A stretch of DNA of 61,011 nt, taken from assembly GCA_009886035.1 (NCBI GenBank), contig VFJN01000084.1, positions 1 through 61,011 on the forward strand. The letters run 5' to 3'. Numbering within the stretch: position 1 is the stretch's first letter; each line of letters opens with the position of its first letter. Made by a program: the position numbers and the translations under genes. Source of the DNA: Actinomycetota bacterium (GTDB lineage: Bacteria; Actinomycetota; Acidimicrobiia; Acidimicrobiales; VFJN01). This document shows positions 46,282 to 55,538 of the stretch, one piece after another. The notes beneath the pieces are model-generated. The model was given only the letters and a program-made list of their open reading frames with translations. It was not told the DNA's origin and did no database searches.

Positions 46282-47688
46282 TTAGACCATCGGCAGACGG
46301 CAGACGCCCTCCGCCACCGCGGCGGCCGCCACGTACTGGGCCACCAGGGGCCCCACCCGGGGGTCAAACACCGACGGCACGATGTAATCAGCCCGCACAT
46401 CCTCGCCCACCACCTCGGCGATGGCACGAGCCGCTTCCAGTTTCATGCCCTCGGTGATCTTGGTGGCGCCCGCATCAAGCGCCCCCCGGAAGATACCGGG
46501 GAAGGCCAGCACGTTATTGATCTGGTTCGGGTAGTCGCTTCGACCGGTAGCGATCACGGTGGCTAGCCCATCGGCCTCTTCTGGCCGGATCTCCGGATCG
46601 GGGTTCGCCATGGCAAACACGATCGGATCTTTGGCCATCTTGCGGAGGTCCGATGCCGTGATCAGACCCGGGCCCGATACCCCCACGAAGACGTCGGCAC
46701 CGGGAAGCACATCGCTCAGCGTGCCCTCGCGGCGATCCCGGTTCGTGTGCTCGGCAAACCAAAGTTTAGCCACATTGAGTTCGTCCCGACCTTCCCAGAT
46801 CGCGCCTTTGCGATCCACGCCGATGACCTCCCCCACTCCAGCATTGAGCAGGATCTTGCTGATCGCCACGCCCGCCGCACCCACTCCGGCGATCACCACG
46901 GTGAGCGCGCTCATCGGCTTATCCACGATGCGCAGGGCATTTTCCAACGCCGCCAGGGCGACGACGGCGGTGCCGTGCTGGTCATCGTGGAAGACCGGGA
47001 TGTCGAGAAGTTCTTTGAGGCGGTCCTCGATCTCAAAGCACTGTGGGGCGGCGATGTCTTCCAGGTTGATACCACCGAACACCGGGGCGAGACGCACCAC
47101 CGTGTCCACGATCTCATCCGCGGAGTTCACGTCGAGGCAGATCGGGAATGCATCCACACCAGCAAAGTTTTTGAACAGGAGCGCCTTTCCCTCCATCACG
47201 GGTAGTGCGGCCGCCGGGCCGATGTTGCCGAGGCCCAACACGGCGGTGCCGTCGGTGACAATGGCCACGGTGTTCTTCTTGATCGTGAGCTCGTGCACGA
47301 GATCGGGCTGCCGCTCGATCGCCGTGCAAACCCGGGCCACCCCCGGGGTATAGGCCATCGACAGATCGTCGCGGTCGGCTACCGGCATCCGGGCGAGCAC
47401 CTCGATCTTGCCGCCGGCGTGCATCTCAAAGGTCCGATCCGCCGCCGTAATCACCTTGACACCATCCACCGCTCCTACGGCATCGATGACCCGCTTGATG
47501 TGGTCCTCCGATGAGCAGTTGACGATCACATCCTCATCCAGGTGCGCGCCTCGTACGTCGAAGCCCCCAATGGCGGTGATATTCCCACCGGCCTCACCGA
47601 CGGCGGTAGCGAGATGCCCGAGCGTGCCCGGACGGTTGTCGAGACGAACGCGCAGGTGAATCGAAAACGCGGCGGTGTTCGTGGGCAT
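46282..47688 (-). CDS. NAD(P)-dependent malic enzyme with N-terminal ACT domain
   Basis: YTPGVA, VMEGKA, LEDI, HDDQHGTA, NQINN. Confidence 0.93.
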   Translation of the reverse strand: MPTNTAAFSIHLRVRLDNRPGTLGHLATAVGEAGGNITAIGGFDVRGAHLDEDVIVNCSSEDHIKRVIDAVGAVDGVKVITAADRTFEMHAGGKIEVLARMPVADRDDLSMAYTPGVARVCTAIERQPDLVHELTIKKNTVAIVTDGTAVLGLGNIGPAAALPVMEGKALLFKNFAGVDAFPICLDVNSADEIVDTVVRLAPVFGGINLEDIAAPQCFEIEDRLKELLDIPVFHDDQHGTAVVALAALENALRIVDKPMSALTVVIAGVGAAGVAISKILLNAGVGEVIGVDRKGAIWEGRDELNVAKLWFAEHTNRDRREGTLSDVLPGADVFVGVSGPGLITASDLRKMAKDPIVFAMANPDPEIRPEEADGLATVIATGRSDYPNQINNVLAFPGIFRGALDAGATKITEGMKLEAARAIAEVVGEDVRADYIVPSVFDPRVGPLVAQYVAAAAVAEGVCRLPMV

Positions 47689-47877
47689 GGCGCAGGGTCC
47701 TGTCGTTGGGGCGAGGGCCACCGGGCCCAAGGGTCCACCGTACCCGCGGGCCTCGGCGCGCCGAAACCGGGGGAAGCCAACCATCGGTGCCCCACGCAGG
47801 AGCGCCCCTCGCCGGATATTCCGGTCGGAGAACGAGCAGAGGAGCGCGTGGGGGGCCAGGTGGATAACTTGCCACCG

Positions 47878-48957
47878 ATGGTATCTCCGCTCTCGGTGAT
47901 GGCCGATGACGACTTCGAGCAGGTGGCGTACCGCTACGACGCCCCCACCGGGCTTCGGGCCATCGTGGCCATCCACTCCACCGTGCTCGGTCCCGGCTTA
48001 GGCGGCACCCGATTCTGGCCCTACGTCAGCGAAGAGGAAGCCCTCATCGACGTCACCCGGCTGGCCAAGGGGATGACGTACAAGCACGCGGCGGCGGGCC
48101 TTCACCAAGGGGGAGGTAAGGCCGTGATCATCGGCGACCCCGCCCACCTCCGCAGCGACGAACTCATCCTGGCCTACGGCCGGTTCGTGGAGGGACTGGC
48201 GGGCCGCTACGTCACGGCGGAGGACATCGGGACCACCCAGGCCGACATGAACCTCATCGGCACAGTGACCTCACACGTCGCCGGTCGGAGCGAGGCCCTC
48301 GGCGGCTCCGGCGATCCCTCACCGGCCACCGCTCTCGGTTTGGTGTGGGCCATGCGAGCGGTGGCCGAACGACTTTGGGGCGAGGCCACCTTGACTGATC
48401 GCCACGTGTGCATCGCTGGAGTAGGGAAGGTGGGCGGAGCCCTCGCCGACCACCTCCACGCGCAGGGGGCTCGCCTCACGGTGGCCGATATCCACCCCGG
48501 CGCGGTGGCCGCCGTGGTGCATCGCACCGGCGCCGCCGTCGTTGATCCCGACGGCGCTCATGCGGTTGAGGCTGACCTGTTCGCCCCCTGCGCGTTAGGG
48601 GCCGGGCTCTCCGCCGTCACCATTCCCGAGTTGGGCTGTCAGGCCATCGTCGGATCGGCCAACAACCAACTCGCCACCGCCGAAGACGCTCAGCGGATCC
48701 AAGACTCCGGCGTTCTCTACGCCCCCGACTACATCGTGAACGCCGGCGGAGTGATCAACATCGCCGAAGAAAAAGTCGGCTACGAGCGCGACCGCGCCAA
48801 CGAACAGATCGCCCGCATCCACGACACCGTGCTCACGGTGTTCGACCTCGCCGAGAGCGCCGGCATCACCACGGCGGCGGCCGCTGACCGGCTCGCCGAA
48901 CAACGCCTCACCGAAGCCCTCAACCTTCGTAGGGAAAGCCCAGGTCTGGGGCAGTAA
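47878..48957 (+). CDS. Glu/Leu/Phe/Val dehydrogenase (Leu/Val DH-like)
   Basis: GPGLGGTR, GGGKAV, AEDIG, GVGKVG, ANNQL. Confidence 0.92.
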   Translation: MVSPLSVMADDDFEQVAYRYDAPTGLRAIVAIHSTVLGPGLGGTRFWPYVSEEEALIDVTRLAKGMTYKHAAAGLHQGGGKAVIIGDPAHLRSDELILAYGRFVEGLAGRYVTAEDIGTTQADMNLIGTVTSHVAGRSEALGGSGDPSPATALGLVWAMRAVAERLWGEATLTDRHVCIAGVGKVGGALADHLHAQGARLTVADIHPGAVAAVVHRTGAAVVDPDGAHAVEADLFAPCALGAGLSAVTIPELGCQAIVGSANNQLATAEDAQRIQDSGVLYAPDYIVNAGGVINIAEEKVGYERDRANEQIARIHDTVLTVFDLAESAGITTAAAADRLAEQRLTEALNLRRESPGLGQ

Positions 48958-49477
48958 CCAGCGCCCGCAGCGGGAGGCCGTACTCGGCCGCCATGGCTTC
49001 CACCGTGCCCCCGCGGTCCACCACCGGGAGCAACAAGACTGCTTCGGCCTCGCCTTCGGTGCGCACCACTTGCGCGGCTTCGAGCATCGACACACCCCGA
49101 GTGACGGCATCCTCGGTGATCACAACGCGATCGCCAGGCCGCAGGGCACCAGCGATACGACCGCCGCCGCCATGGTCCTTCACTTCCTTGCGCACGCTGA
49201 AACTACGCAGGGGACGCCCGCGTGATGCGGCGATGGCGGCGATGCCGAAGGCCACCGCATCGGCCCCCATCGTCAGACCGCCAATCGCCGTGACGTCGGC
49301 GGGAATCACCTCCAAGGCGGCATCGGCCACCAACAGCATTCCCGCTGCCCGGCAGGTCGTCTGCTTGGCATCGATAAACCAGTGGCTCTTCTTGCCGCTC
49401 TTCAGGGTGAAGTCCCCGGTGCGAACGCTGTACTCAAGAAGGTGCGCCACCAAGGCGGCGTGGGCGGACGAAGTCAT
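48920..49477 (-). CDS. pyrE: Orotate phosphoribosyltransferase
   Basis: FTLKSGKKS, GGLTMGA, VRKEVKDHG, EDAVTRG. Confidence 0.9.
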   Translation of the reverse strand: MTSSAHAALVAHLLEYSVRTGDFTLKSGKKSHWFIDAKQTTCRAAGMLLVADAALEVIPADVTAIGGLTMGADAVAFGIAAIAASRGRPLRSFSVRKEVKDHGGGGRIAGALRPGDRVVITEDAVTRGVSMLEAAQVVRTEGEAEAVLLLPVVDRGGTVEAMAAEYGLPLRALVTAPDLGFPYEG

Positions 49478-49550
49478 CGATAGATCCTCTCCAAAAGGGT
49501 GCCGCGGGCGGGATTCTCATCCCTACGCACGACCATGAGGGGCCCCTGTC

Positions 49551-50582
49551 TCAAAGAAAGCGAACCTCCCCGCGCCCGGGCACGATCCGACCGATCTCGG
49601 CGGCACGATGACCCTCCGTGCGCAACACGTCGAGCGTTCGATGCACCTCATCGGGGGCCACCGCCACCACCATGCCGATACCCAGGTTGAAAACCTTGCG
49701 CATCTCGTCGTCGCTCACCTCGCCCCGCCGTTGGATCTCACCGAAGATGCGGGGGACGTCCCAGCGGGACGGATCAACTTCGGCATCGGTCCCCGGCGGC
49801 AACACGCGGTTGAGATTCCCGGGCAACCCCCCGCCGGTGATGTGCGCCACCGAAGCGACCGCCACCGCCCGCTGAAGGGCGGCGATGGCCGGGGCGTAGA
49901 TCACCGATGGAAGGAGGAGCTCATCGCCGAGACTGTGCGGGGCCCCCGGATAGGCCGGTGCCGACAAGGACAATCCGGCAGTCTCCAAGAGCACCTTGCG
50001 GGCCAGCGAGTAGCCGTTGGACCGTAACCCCGGTGAGGGCAGCCCGATGAGTACATCGCCGGGCCGCACGCTCTCTCCGGTGATGAGGCGGTCCCGTTCG
50101 GCCACCCCCACCGCGAAGCCCACCAGGTCGAACTCCCCGGCCGCCATGGCGCCGGGATGCTCGGCCATCTCTCCCCCGATCAAGGCACAACCCGCCTGAC
50201 GACACCCGTGAGCCACCCCTTCCACGAGTTGTTCGATGTGGTCGGGATCGAGCTTGCCCACCGCGATGTAGTCGAGGAAGAAGAGCGGCTCGGCGCCCTG
50301 ACAAACAATGTCATCGACGCACATCGCCACGAGATCAACCCCGATGGTGTCGAAGCGTCCCACCGCCTGCGCAATGAGCGCCTTAGTGCCCACGCCATCG
50401 GTGGAAGACACCAGAACCGGATGTGTGTAGCGGTGTTGAGCGAAGGCGAAGAGCCCTCCGAACCCACCGATGTCGCCGATCACCTCAGGACGAAACGTGG
50501 ACCGGACCTTGGACTTGATCCGCTCCACCGCCTCCTCACCGGCCGAGATGTTGACGCCCGCATCTTCGTAGCTCGTACCCAC
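49551..50582 (-). CDS. purM: AIR synthetase
   Basis: DGVGTK, GGEMAEHPG, SNGYSL, HITGGG, FNLGIG. Confidence 0.97.
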   Translation of the reverse strand: MGTSYEDAGVNISAGEEAVERIKSKVRSTFRPEVIGDIGGFGGLFAFAQHRYTHPVLVSSTDGVGTKALIAQAVGRFDTIGVDLVAMCVDDIVCQGAEPLFFLDYIAVGKLDPDHIEQLVEGVAHGCRQAGCALIGGEMAEHPGAMAAGEFDLVGFAVGVAERDRLITGESVRPGDVLIGLPSPGLRSNGYSLARKVLLETAGLSLSAPAYPGAPHSLGDELLLPSVIYAPAIAALQRAVAVASVAHITGGGLPGNLNRVLPPGTDAEVDPSRWDVPRIFGEIQRRGEVSDDEMRKVFNLGIGMVVAVAPDEVHRTLDVLRTEGHRAAEIGRIVPGRGEVRFL

Positions 50583-50601
50583 CCTGGTCCGTACCCCTCA
50601 G

Positions 50602-52101
50602 TCAGTCGATCGCGGTCTGGATCGGGGCCGCCAACGGCGCCGCCGCCGGCACCTCGAGAACATGCTTGCGGAGAGTGACCGAGACCGCCACGGGGTAGTT
50701 TCCCGTGAAACAAGCATCACAGAACCCGGCTCCGGGTGCGCCGGTGGACGCCACCAGACGGTCGAGTTGCACGTAGGCGATGCTGTCGACGTTCAGGTAC
50801 TCGCGGATTTCGTCCACCGTGAGCGACGAGGCCAGCAGTTCTGTGCGATCGCCAGTGTCGATGCCGTAGAAGCACGACCACTTCACCGGCGGCGACGTAA
50901 TACGCAGGTGCACCTCGGTCGCCCCGGCCTCGCGCAGCATCTTGGTTAGTTGTTTCTGCGTGGTCCCGCGCACGATCGAGTCGTCCACCACCACAATCCG
51001 CTTACCGGCCACGTTCTCGCGCAGCGGGTTCAACTTCATCCGCACCGCCCGGGCCCGGAGTTCTTGGCTGGGGGCGATGAAACTGCGGCCGATGTAGCGG
51101 TTCTTCACTACCCCCTGGCCATAGGGGATCCCGCTGCGCCGGGCGAACCCCTCGGCGGCGGGCACCCCCGACTCCGGCACCCCCATGACCATGTCGGCCT
51201 CTACCGGGGCCTGCTCCGCCAGTTGCTCGCCGATCCGCACCCGGGCCTGGTGCACGCTTTGGTTGTACAGCCGCGTGTCGGGCCGGGCGAAGTACACGAA
51301 CTCAAACAGGCACAGCCGCGGGTCGACTCGGCTGTCGGGGAACGGGCGGATGGACCGAGGGCCCTTCGCATCAATCACCACCATCTCGCCCGGATCGAGT
51401 TCCCGCACGAAGTGGGCGCCCACGATGTCCAGAGCCGGACTCTCCGAAGCGAGCACCCAGCCGTCGTCGAGTTTGCCGAGGCAGAGCGGCCGGAAGCCAT
51501 TGGGATCTCGCACGCCAATAATCCGAGACTGATCCATCACGACGAATGAAAATGCGCCTTCGAGCCGTGGCAACACGCTGGCCAGGGATCGCTCCAGATC
51601 GTCATCAGCGCTGTCGTCAGGCAGGTGGCCGAGGGCGTTCCCGATCAGTTCGGCCACCAAGTCGGTGTCGCTTGTGATGGTGCCGGGCAGCATTCCCCCC
51701 TCCTCGATGAGGGCTTCCGTGTTGGTGAGATTTCCGTTGTGGCCGAGAGCGAAGTGCCGATCCCCCACCCCGCGGTACGCCGGTTGGGCGTTGCGCCACG
51801 TGGAGGATCCTGTGGTGGAGTACCGGCAATGGCCGATCGCCAGGATGCCGTCCAGACCGGCCAACGTGCGGTCGTCGAACACGGCGGCCACCAGGCCTTG
51901 GTCCTTCACGACGGTCACATCGGACCCGTCGCTGACGGCCATTCCAGCCGCCTCTTGGCCGCGGTGCTGCAGAGCGAAGAGGCCCAGATACGTCAGGTGG
52001 GCTACGGGTTGACTAGGGCTGTAGATACCGAAGACACCGCAGGCTTCCTTCGGTGAGTCGTCGTCCTGGACGGAATCGTCGGACGGCTCACCGGAGGACA
52101 C
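50602..52101 (-). CDS. purF: Amidophosphoribosyltransferase
   Basis: EACGVFG, LQHRGQE, VDDSIVRGTT, Fe-S cysteines. Confidence 0.96.
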   Translation of the reverse strand: MSSGEPSDDSVQDDDSPKEACGVFGIYSPSQPVAHLTYLGLFALQHRGQEAAGMAVSDGSDVTVVKDQGLVAAVFDDRTLAGLDGILAIGHCRYSTTGSSTWRNAQPAYRGVGDRHFALGHNGNLTNTEALIEEGGMLPGTITSDTDLVAELIGNALGHLPDDSADDDLERSLASVLPRLEGAFSFVVMDQSRIIGVRDPNGFRPLCLGKLDDGWVLASESPALDIVGAHFVRELDPGEMVVIDAKGPRSIRPFPDSRVDPRLCLFEFVYFARPDTRLYNQSVHQARVRIGEQLAEQAPVEADMVMGVPESGVPAAEGFARRSGIPYGQGVVKNRYIGRSFIAPSQELRARAVRMKLNPLRENVAGKRIVVVDDSIVRGTTQKQLTKMLREAGATEVHLRITSPPVKWSCFYGIDTGDRTELLASSLTVDEIREYLNVDSIAYVQLDRLVASTGAPGAGFCDACFTGNYPVAVSVTLRKHVLEVPAAAPLAAPIQTAID

Positions 52102-52235
52102 CCTCCCAGTCTGCCAGGGACGGAGGGGCAACCTGGTCATCGGCGGTCAGCCCGCCAGTCCACACTGGGGTCGCCCGGCTCCATGCGTCACTATTTCTTC
52201 GACGACGGCGGTCCCAGCGGTACCCTTTCCCGGGC

Positions 52236-53237
52236 ATGATGGACCACTCCAACTCCCCCTGGGAACCGGCGCGAGCGTTCTGGCTCGATCGCCGGGTGGC
52301 GGTCACCGGGGCCACCGGTTTTCTCGGCTCCCACCTCGTCGGCCTGCTCACTGACGCCGGCGCCCACGTGGTGATCCTGGAGCGAGATCAGGTGGAACCG
52401 ACCGCAATCGCCAGCCACTGGCTCCCCCGGGTGGCCATCGTCACCGGCGATGCCACGAACCAGGCCCTCCTCGAACGTCTGCTCGGAGAATACGAGGTGC
52501 AAACGGTCTTTCACCTAGCCGCCCAGACCCAGATCCAGGTGGCCAACCACAACCCCGTCTCCACCTTTGAATCCAACATCAAGGGCACCTGGTCTCTGCT
52601 GGAGGCCGTGCGCCGCACCCCGCACATCGAACAGGCCATCTGCGCCAGCAGCGACAAGGCCTACGGAGCCCAGCCCACCTTGCCCTACGAGGAGACGATG
52701 CCCCTCCTCGCCGTCAACCCCTACGACGTTTCCAAGGCCTGCGCCGACCTCATCACCCAGACCTACCACCAGCGCTGGGGCACGCCCGTGGCGATCACCC
52801 GCTGCGGCAACTTTTTCGGACCGGGTGACATGAACTGGGAACGCCTTGTGCCCGGGACCATCCGATCGCTCCTTCGAGGGGAGCGACCGATCATCCGCTC
52901 CAACGGTGCCCTCATCCGCGACTACCTCTACGTGGTGGACGGTGCGCTCGCCTATCTCCGCCTCGCCGAGGCCATGGCCACCGACCCCACCCATCTCGGG
53001 GAGGCGTACAACTTCTCCACCGAACGACCGCTATCGGTCCTCGAGTTGGTGGCTTTCATCCAAACAGCCGCCGGTACCAATTTGGTTCCCGACGTGCGCG
53101 ATACCGCGGGGCACGAAATCGATGCCCAACACCTGTCGGCCAGGAAGGCTAAGACCCGGCTCGGATGGCAGCCGAACCACACGGTGGAAGACGCGCTCAT
53201 CGAGACCGTGCGTTGGTACGCATCCCATCTTGAATGA
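52236..53237 (+). CDS. rfbG: CDP-glucose 4,6-dehydratase-like extended SDR
   Basis: TGATGFLG, HLAAQ, SSDKAY, YDVSK. Confidence 0.75.
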   Translation: MMDHSNSPWEPARAFWLDRRVAVTGATGFLGSHLVGLLTDAGAHVVILERDQVEPTAIASHWLPRVAIVTGDATNQALLERLLGEYEVQTVFHLAAQTQIQVANHNPVSTFESNIKGTWSLLEAVRRTPHIEQAICASSDKAYGAQPTLPYEETMPLLAVNPYDVSKACADLITQTYHQRWGTPVAITRCGNFFGPGDMNWERLVPGTIRSLLRGERPIIRSNGALIRDYLYVVDGALAYLRLAEAMATDPTHLGEAYNFSTERPLSVLELVAFIQTAAGTNLVPDVRDTAGHEIDAQHLSARKAKTRLGWQPNHTVEDALIETVRWYASHLE

Positions 53238-53268
53238 TGAGCCCACCCAACACCGGGAGTTCCCCCCC

Positions 53269-54213
53269 ATGGGACCAATAGCGGTGGTGGGCGCCGGTGG
53301 CTTTGTGGGCGGTCGCCTCGTTCAGCACCTGCGTCAGACCGGGGCCGACGTGGTGCCCATCAGTCGGCACCCATGCCCGTGGCTCGGCGAGGGCAACATC
53401 GCTCTCGACCTCATCGAGGAGCCGGCCTCCGCCGTTGATCGAGCCATCGCCGGCGCTGCCGTCGTGATCGATCTCGTGGGCCACAACGAAGTGGTGGCGG
53501 CCACCGAGCCCGAGCGAGCCCTCACTGAAACCGTGACCATGAGCCATCGCCTCGCTGAGGCCATGCACCGAAACGGCACCCCCCGAGTGGTCTACCTCTC
53601 CAGCGTGCACGTCTACGGAGCCGCTCTCGAGCCCGCCGCAGTGATCACCGAAAACACCGTGCCTCGACCGCGGTCCGGCTATGCCATTGCCCGCCTCACG
53701 TCGGAACACGTGTTAGCCAGTCGGCTGGCCGGCGCCGCCGATGTCGTGGTGCTGCGCCTCACCAACTCGGTGGGCGCACCCGCCAGCCCCGAACTGGATC
53801 GGTGGACCGCCCTTGTTAACGATCTCTGCCGGCAGGCCGCCCACTCGGGAAGTCTCGTCCTGAACAGTCCGGGGCTCCAGCAGCGCGATTGGGTGAGCCT
53901 TGGCGATGCCTGCGGTGCCATCGCGGCGGCTTGTCACCCCACCACCGTGCCCGCCGGCACCTACAACCTTGGCTCGGGGGTCTCGAAGTCCGTGCGGGCC
54001 ATGGCCGAGCTGGTGGCCGATGCGTGGGACGCGACGACTCAGGAGCGCCCCCTCATCGAGGCACCGACGGCCCGTGAGGCCGCTCCCGAGCCCTACCAGG
54101 TGGATATCCAGCGCCTGGCATCACTGGGTATCCGCCTCGACACACCCATCGCCACCGCCGTGGCGGAAATGGTGAAGTTCTGCCTCGTCCACCGAAATCG
54201 CCTCACGCGATAG
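53269..54213 (+). CDS. NAD-dependent epimerase/4-ketoreductase
   Basis: GAGGFVG, SSVHVYG, YAIAR. Confidence 0.8.
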   Translation: MGPIAVVGAGGFVGGRLVQHLRQTGADVVPISRHPCPWLGEGNIALDLIEEPASAVDRAIAGAAVVIDLVGHNEVVAATEPERALTETVTMSHRLAEAMHRNGTPRVVYLSSVHVYGAALEPAAVITENTVPRPRSGYAIARLTSEHVLASRLAGAADVVVLRLTNSVGAPASPELDRWTALVNDLCRQAAHSGSLVLNSPGLQQRDWVSLGDACGAIAAACHPTTVPAGTYNLGSGVSKSVRAMAELVADAWDATTQERPLIEAPTAREAAPEPYQVDIQRLASLGIRLDTPIATAVAEMVKFCLVHRNRLTR

Positions 54214-54235
54214 CGCGGCGGCTTACGCTAGCCAG

Positions 54236-54691
54236 GTGACAGAGATCCAAGGGGTGCGAGTCACCCCCCTCCAGCGCATCCCCGATGAGCGCGGGGCCGT
54301 CCTGCACATGCTGCGTGAAGACAGCGACGGCTTCGAACGCTTCGGGGAGATCTACTTCTCGATGGTCTACCCCGGGGCCATCAAGGCCTGGCATCTCCAC
54401 ACCGAGATGACGCTCAACTACGCCGTACCCGTGGGGATGATCAAGTTCGTCTGTTATGACGACCGTGAAGGATCGCCCACCCGGGGCAACACCCTCGAAC
54501 TCCACCTCGGCGAATTGAACTACGCCCTCGTCACCGTGCCGCCGCTCGTGTGGAACGGCTTCAAGGGCGAGGGCGTGGCGCCGGCGCTCGTAGCCAACTG
54601 CGCCACCCTGGCCCACCACCCCGATGAGATCATCCGAGCCGATCCTCACGAGCACGTGAGCGCCTACCACTGGTCCCGGCGTGATCACTGA
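54236..54691 (+). CDS. RmlC-like NDP-4-keto-6-deoxyhexose epimerase
   Basis: DERG, KAWHLH, VPPLVWNGF. Confidence 0.85.
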   Translation: MTEIQGVRVTPLQRIPDERGAVLHMLREDSDGFERFGEIYFSMVYPGAIKAWHLHTEMTLNYAVPVGMIKFVCYDDREGSPTRGNTLELHLGELNYALVTVPPLVWNGFKGEGVAPALVANCATLAHHPDEIIRADPHEHVSAYHWSRRDH

Positions 54692-55505
54692 GGTACCCAC
54701 CATCATCCTCTGCGGTGGGCGCGGCTCCCGCATCAGCGACGTAAATCCAGGGCTCCCCAAGCCCATGCTGCCCATCGGCGAGCGCCCCATGCTCTGGCAC
54801 ATCATGAAGACCTACGCCGCCCACGGTCACCGAGATTTCGTGCTGGCCCTCGGTTGGCTCGGCCCCGAGATTCGGCGCTACTTCCTCCAGTTCCAGGCGA
54901 TGACCTCCGATTTCCGCATCGAACTCGGCCACCCCGATGCCATCGAGTATCTCGGGGCCAACGACGAGTCCGATTGGCGCATCACCTGCATGGACACCGG
55001 CCTCGACTCACTCACCGGTACCCGGGTGCGCCGGGCCAGCCAACACCTCGCTGACGGACCAATCATGGTTACCTACGGCGACAGCATCGGCCCGGTGGAC
55101 ATCACCGGCCTCCTGGCGTTCCACCGCTCGCACGGCAAACTGGCCACCGTCACCTCTGTCCGTCCACCCGGACGTTTCGGTGAGCTCATCCTCGATGCCC
55201 ACGGGCGGGTGGGGCGCTTTGAGGAGAAGCCCCAGACCAGCGCCGGATCGATCAACGGCGGTTTTATGGTGATCGAAAAGGAAGCCATCGATGCCTTCAT
55301 TCCCGCCGAGGGCGAGGTCATGCTGGAACGCCAACCAATGGCGGGCCTCGCCGCCGCCGGACAACTCATGGCCTTCGAGCACGACGGCTTCTGGCAACCC
55401 ATGGACACCCCGCGGGAGCGGGAACTTCTGGAGCAGCTGTGGGCGGGAGGGTCAGCCCCATGGACCGCTCGCTGGTCCACCCCCGTGCCTCTGCCCCGGC
55501 CCTGA
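54681..55505 (+). CDS. rfbF: Glucose-1-phosphate cytidylyltransferase
   Basis: ILCGGRGSR, PKPM, TYGD, INGGF, FWQPMDT.RE. Confidence 0.9.
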   Translation: MITEVPTIILCGGRGSRISDVNPGLPKPMLPIGERPMLWHIMKTYAAHGHRDFVLALGWLGPEIRRYFLQFQAMTSDFRIELGHPDAIEYLGANDESDWRITCMDTGLDSLTGTRVRRASQHLADGPIMVTYGDSIGPVDITGLLAFHRSHGKLATVTSVRPPGRFGELILDAHGRVGRFEEKPQTSAGSINGGFMVIEKEAIDAFIPAEGEVMLERQPMAGLAAAGQLMAFEHDGFWQPMDTPRERELLEQLWAGGSAPWTARWSTPVPLPRP

Positions 55506-55538
55506 AGCCATCGGGCCGGCGGCACCGAACCCCTGAGG

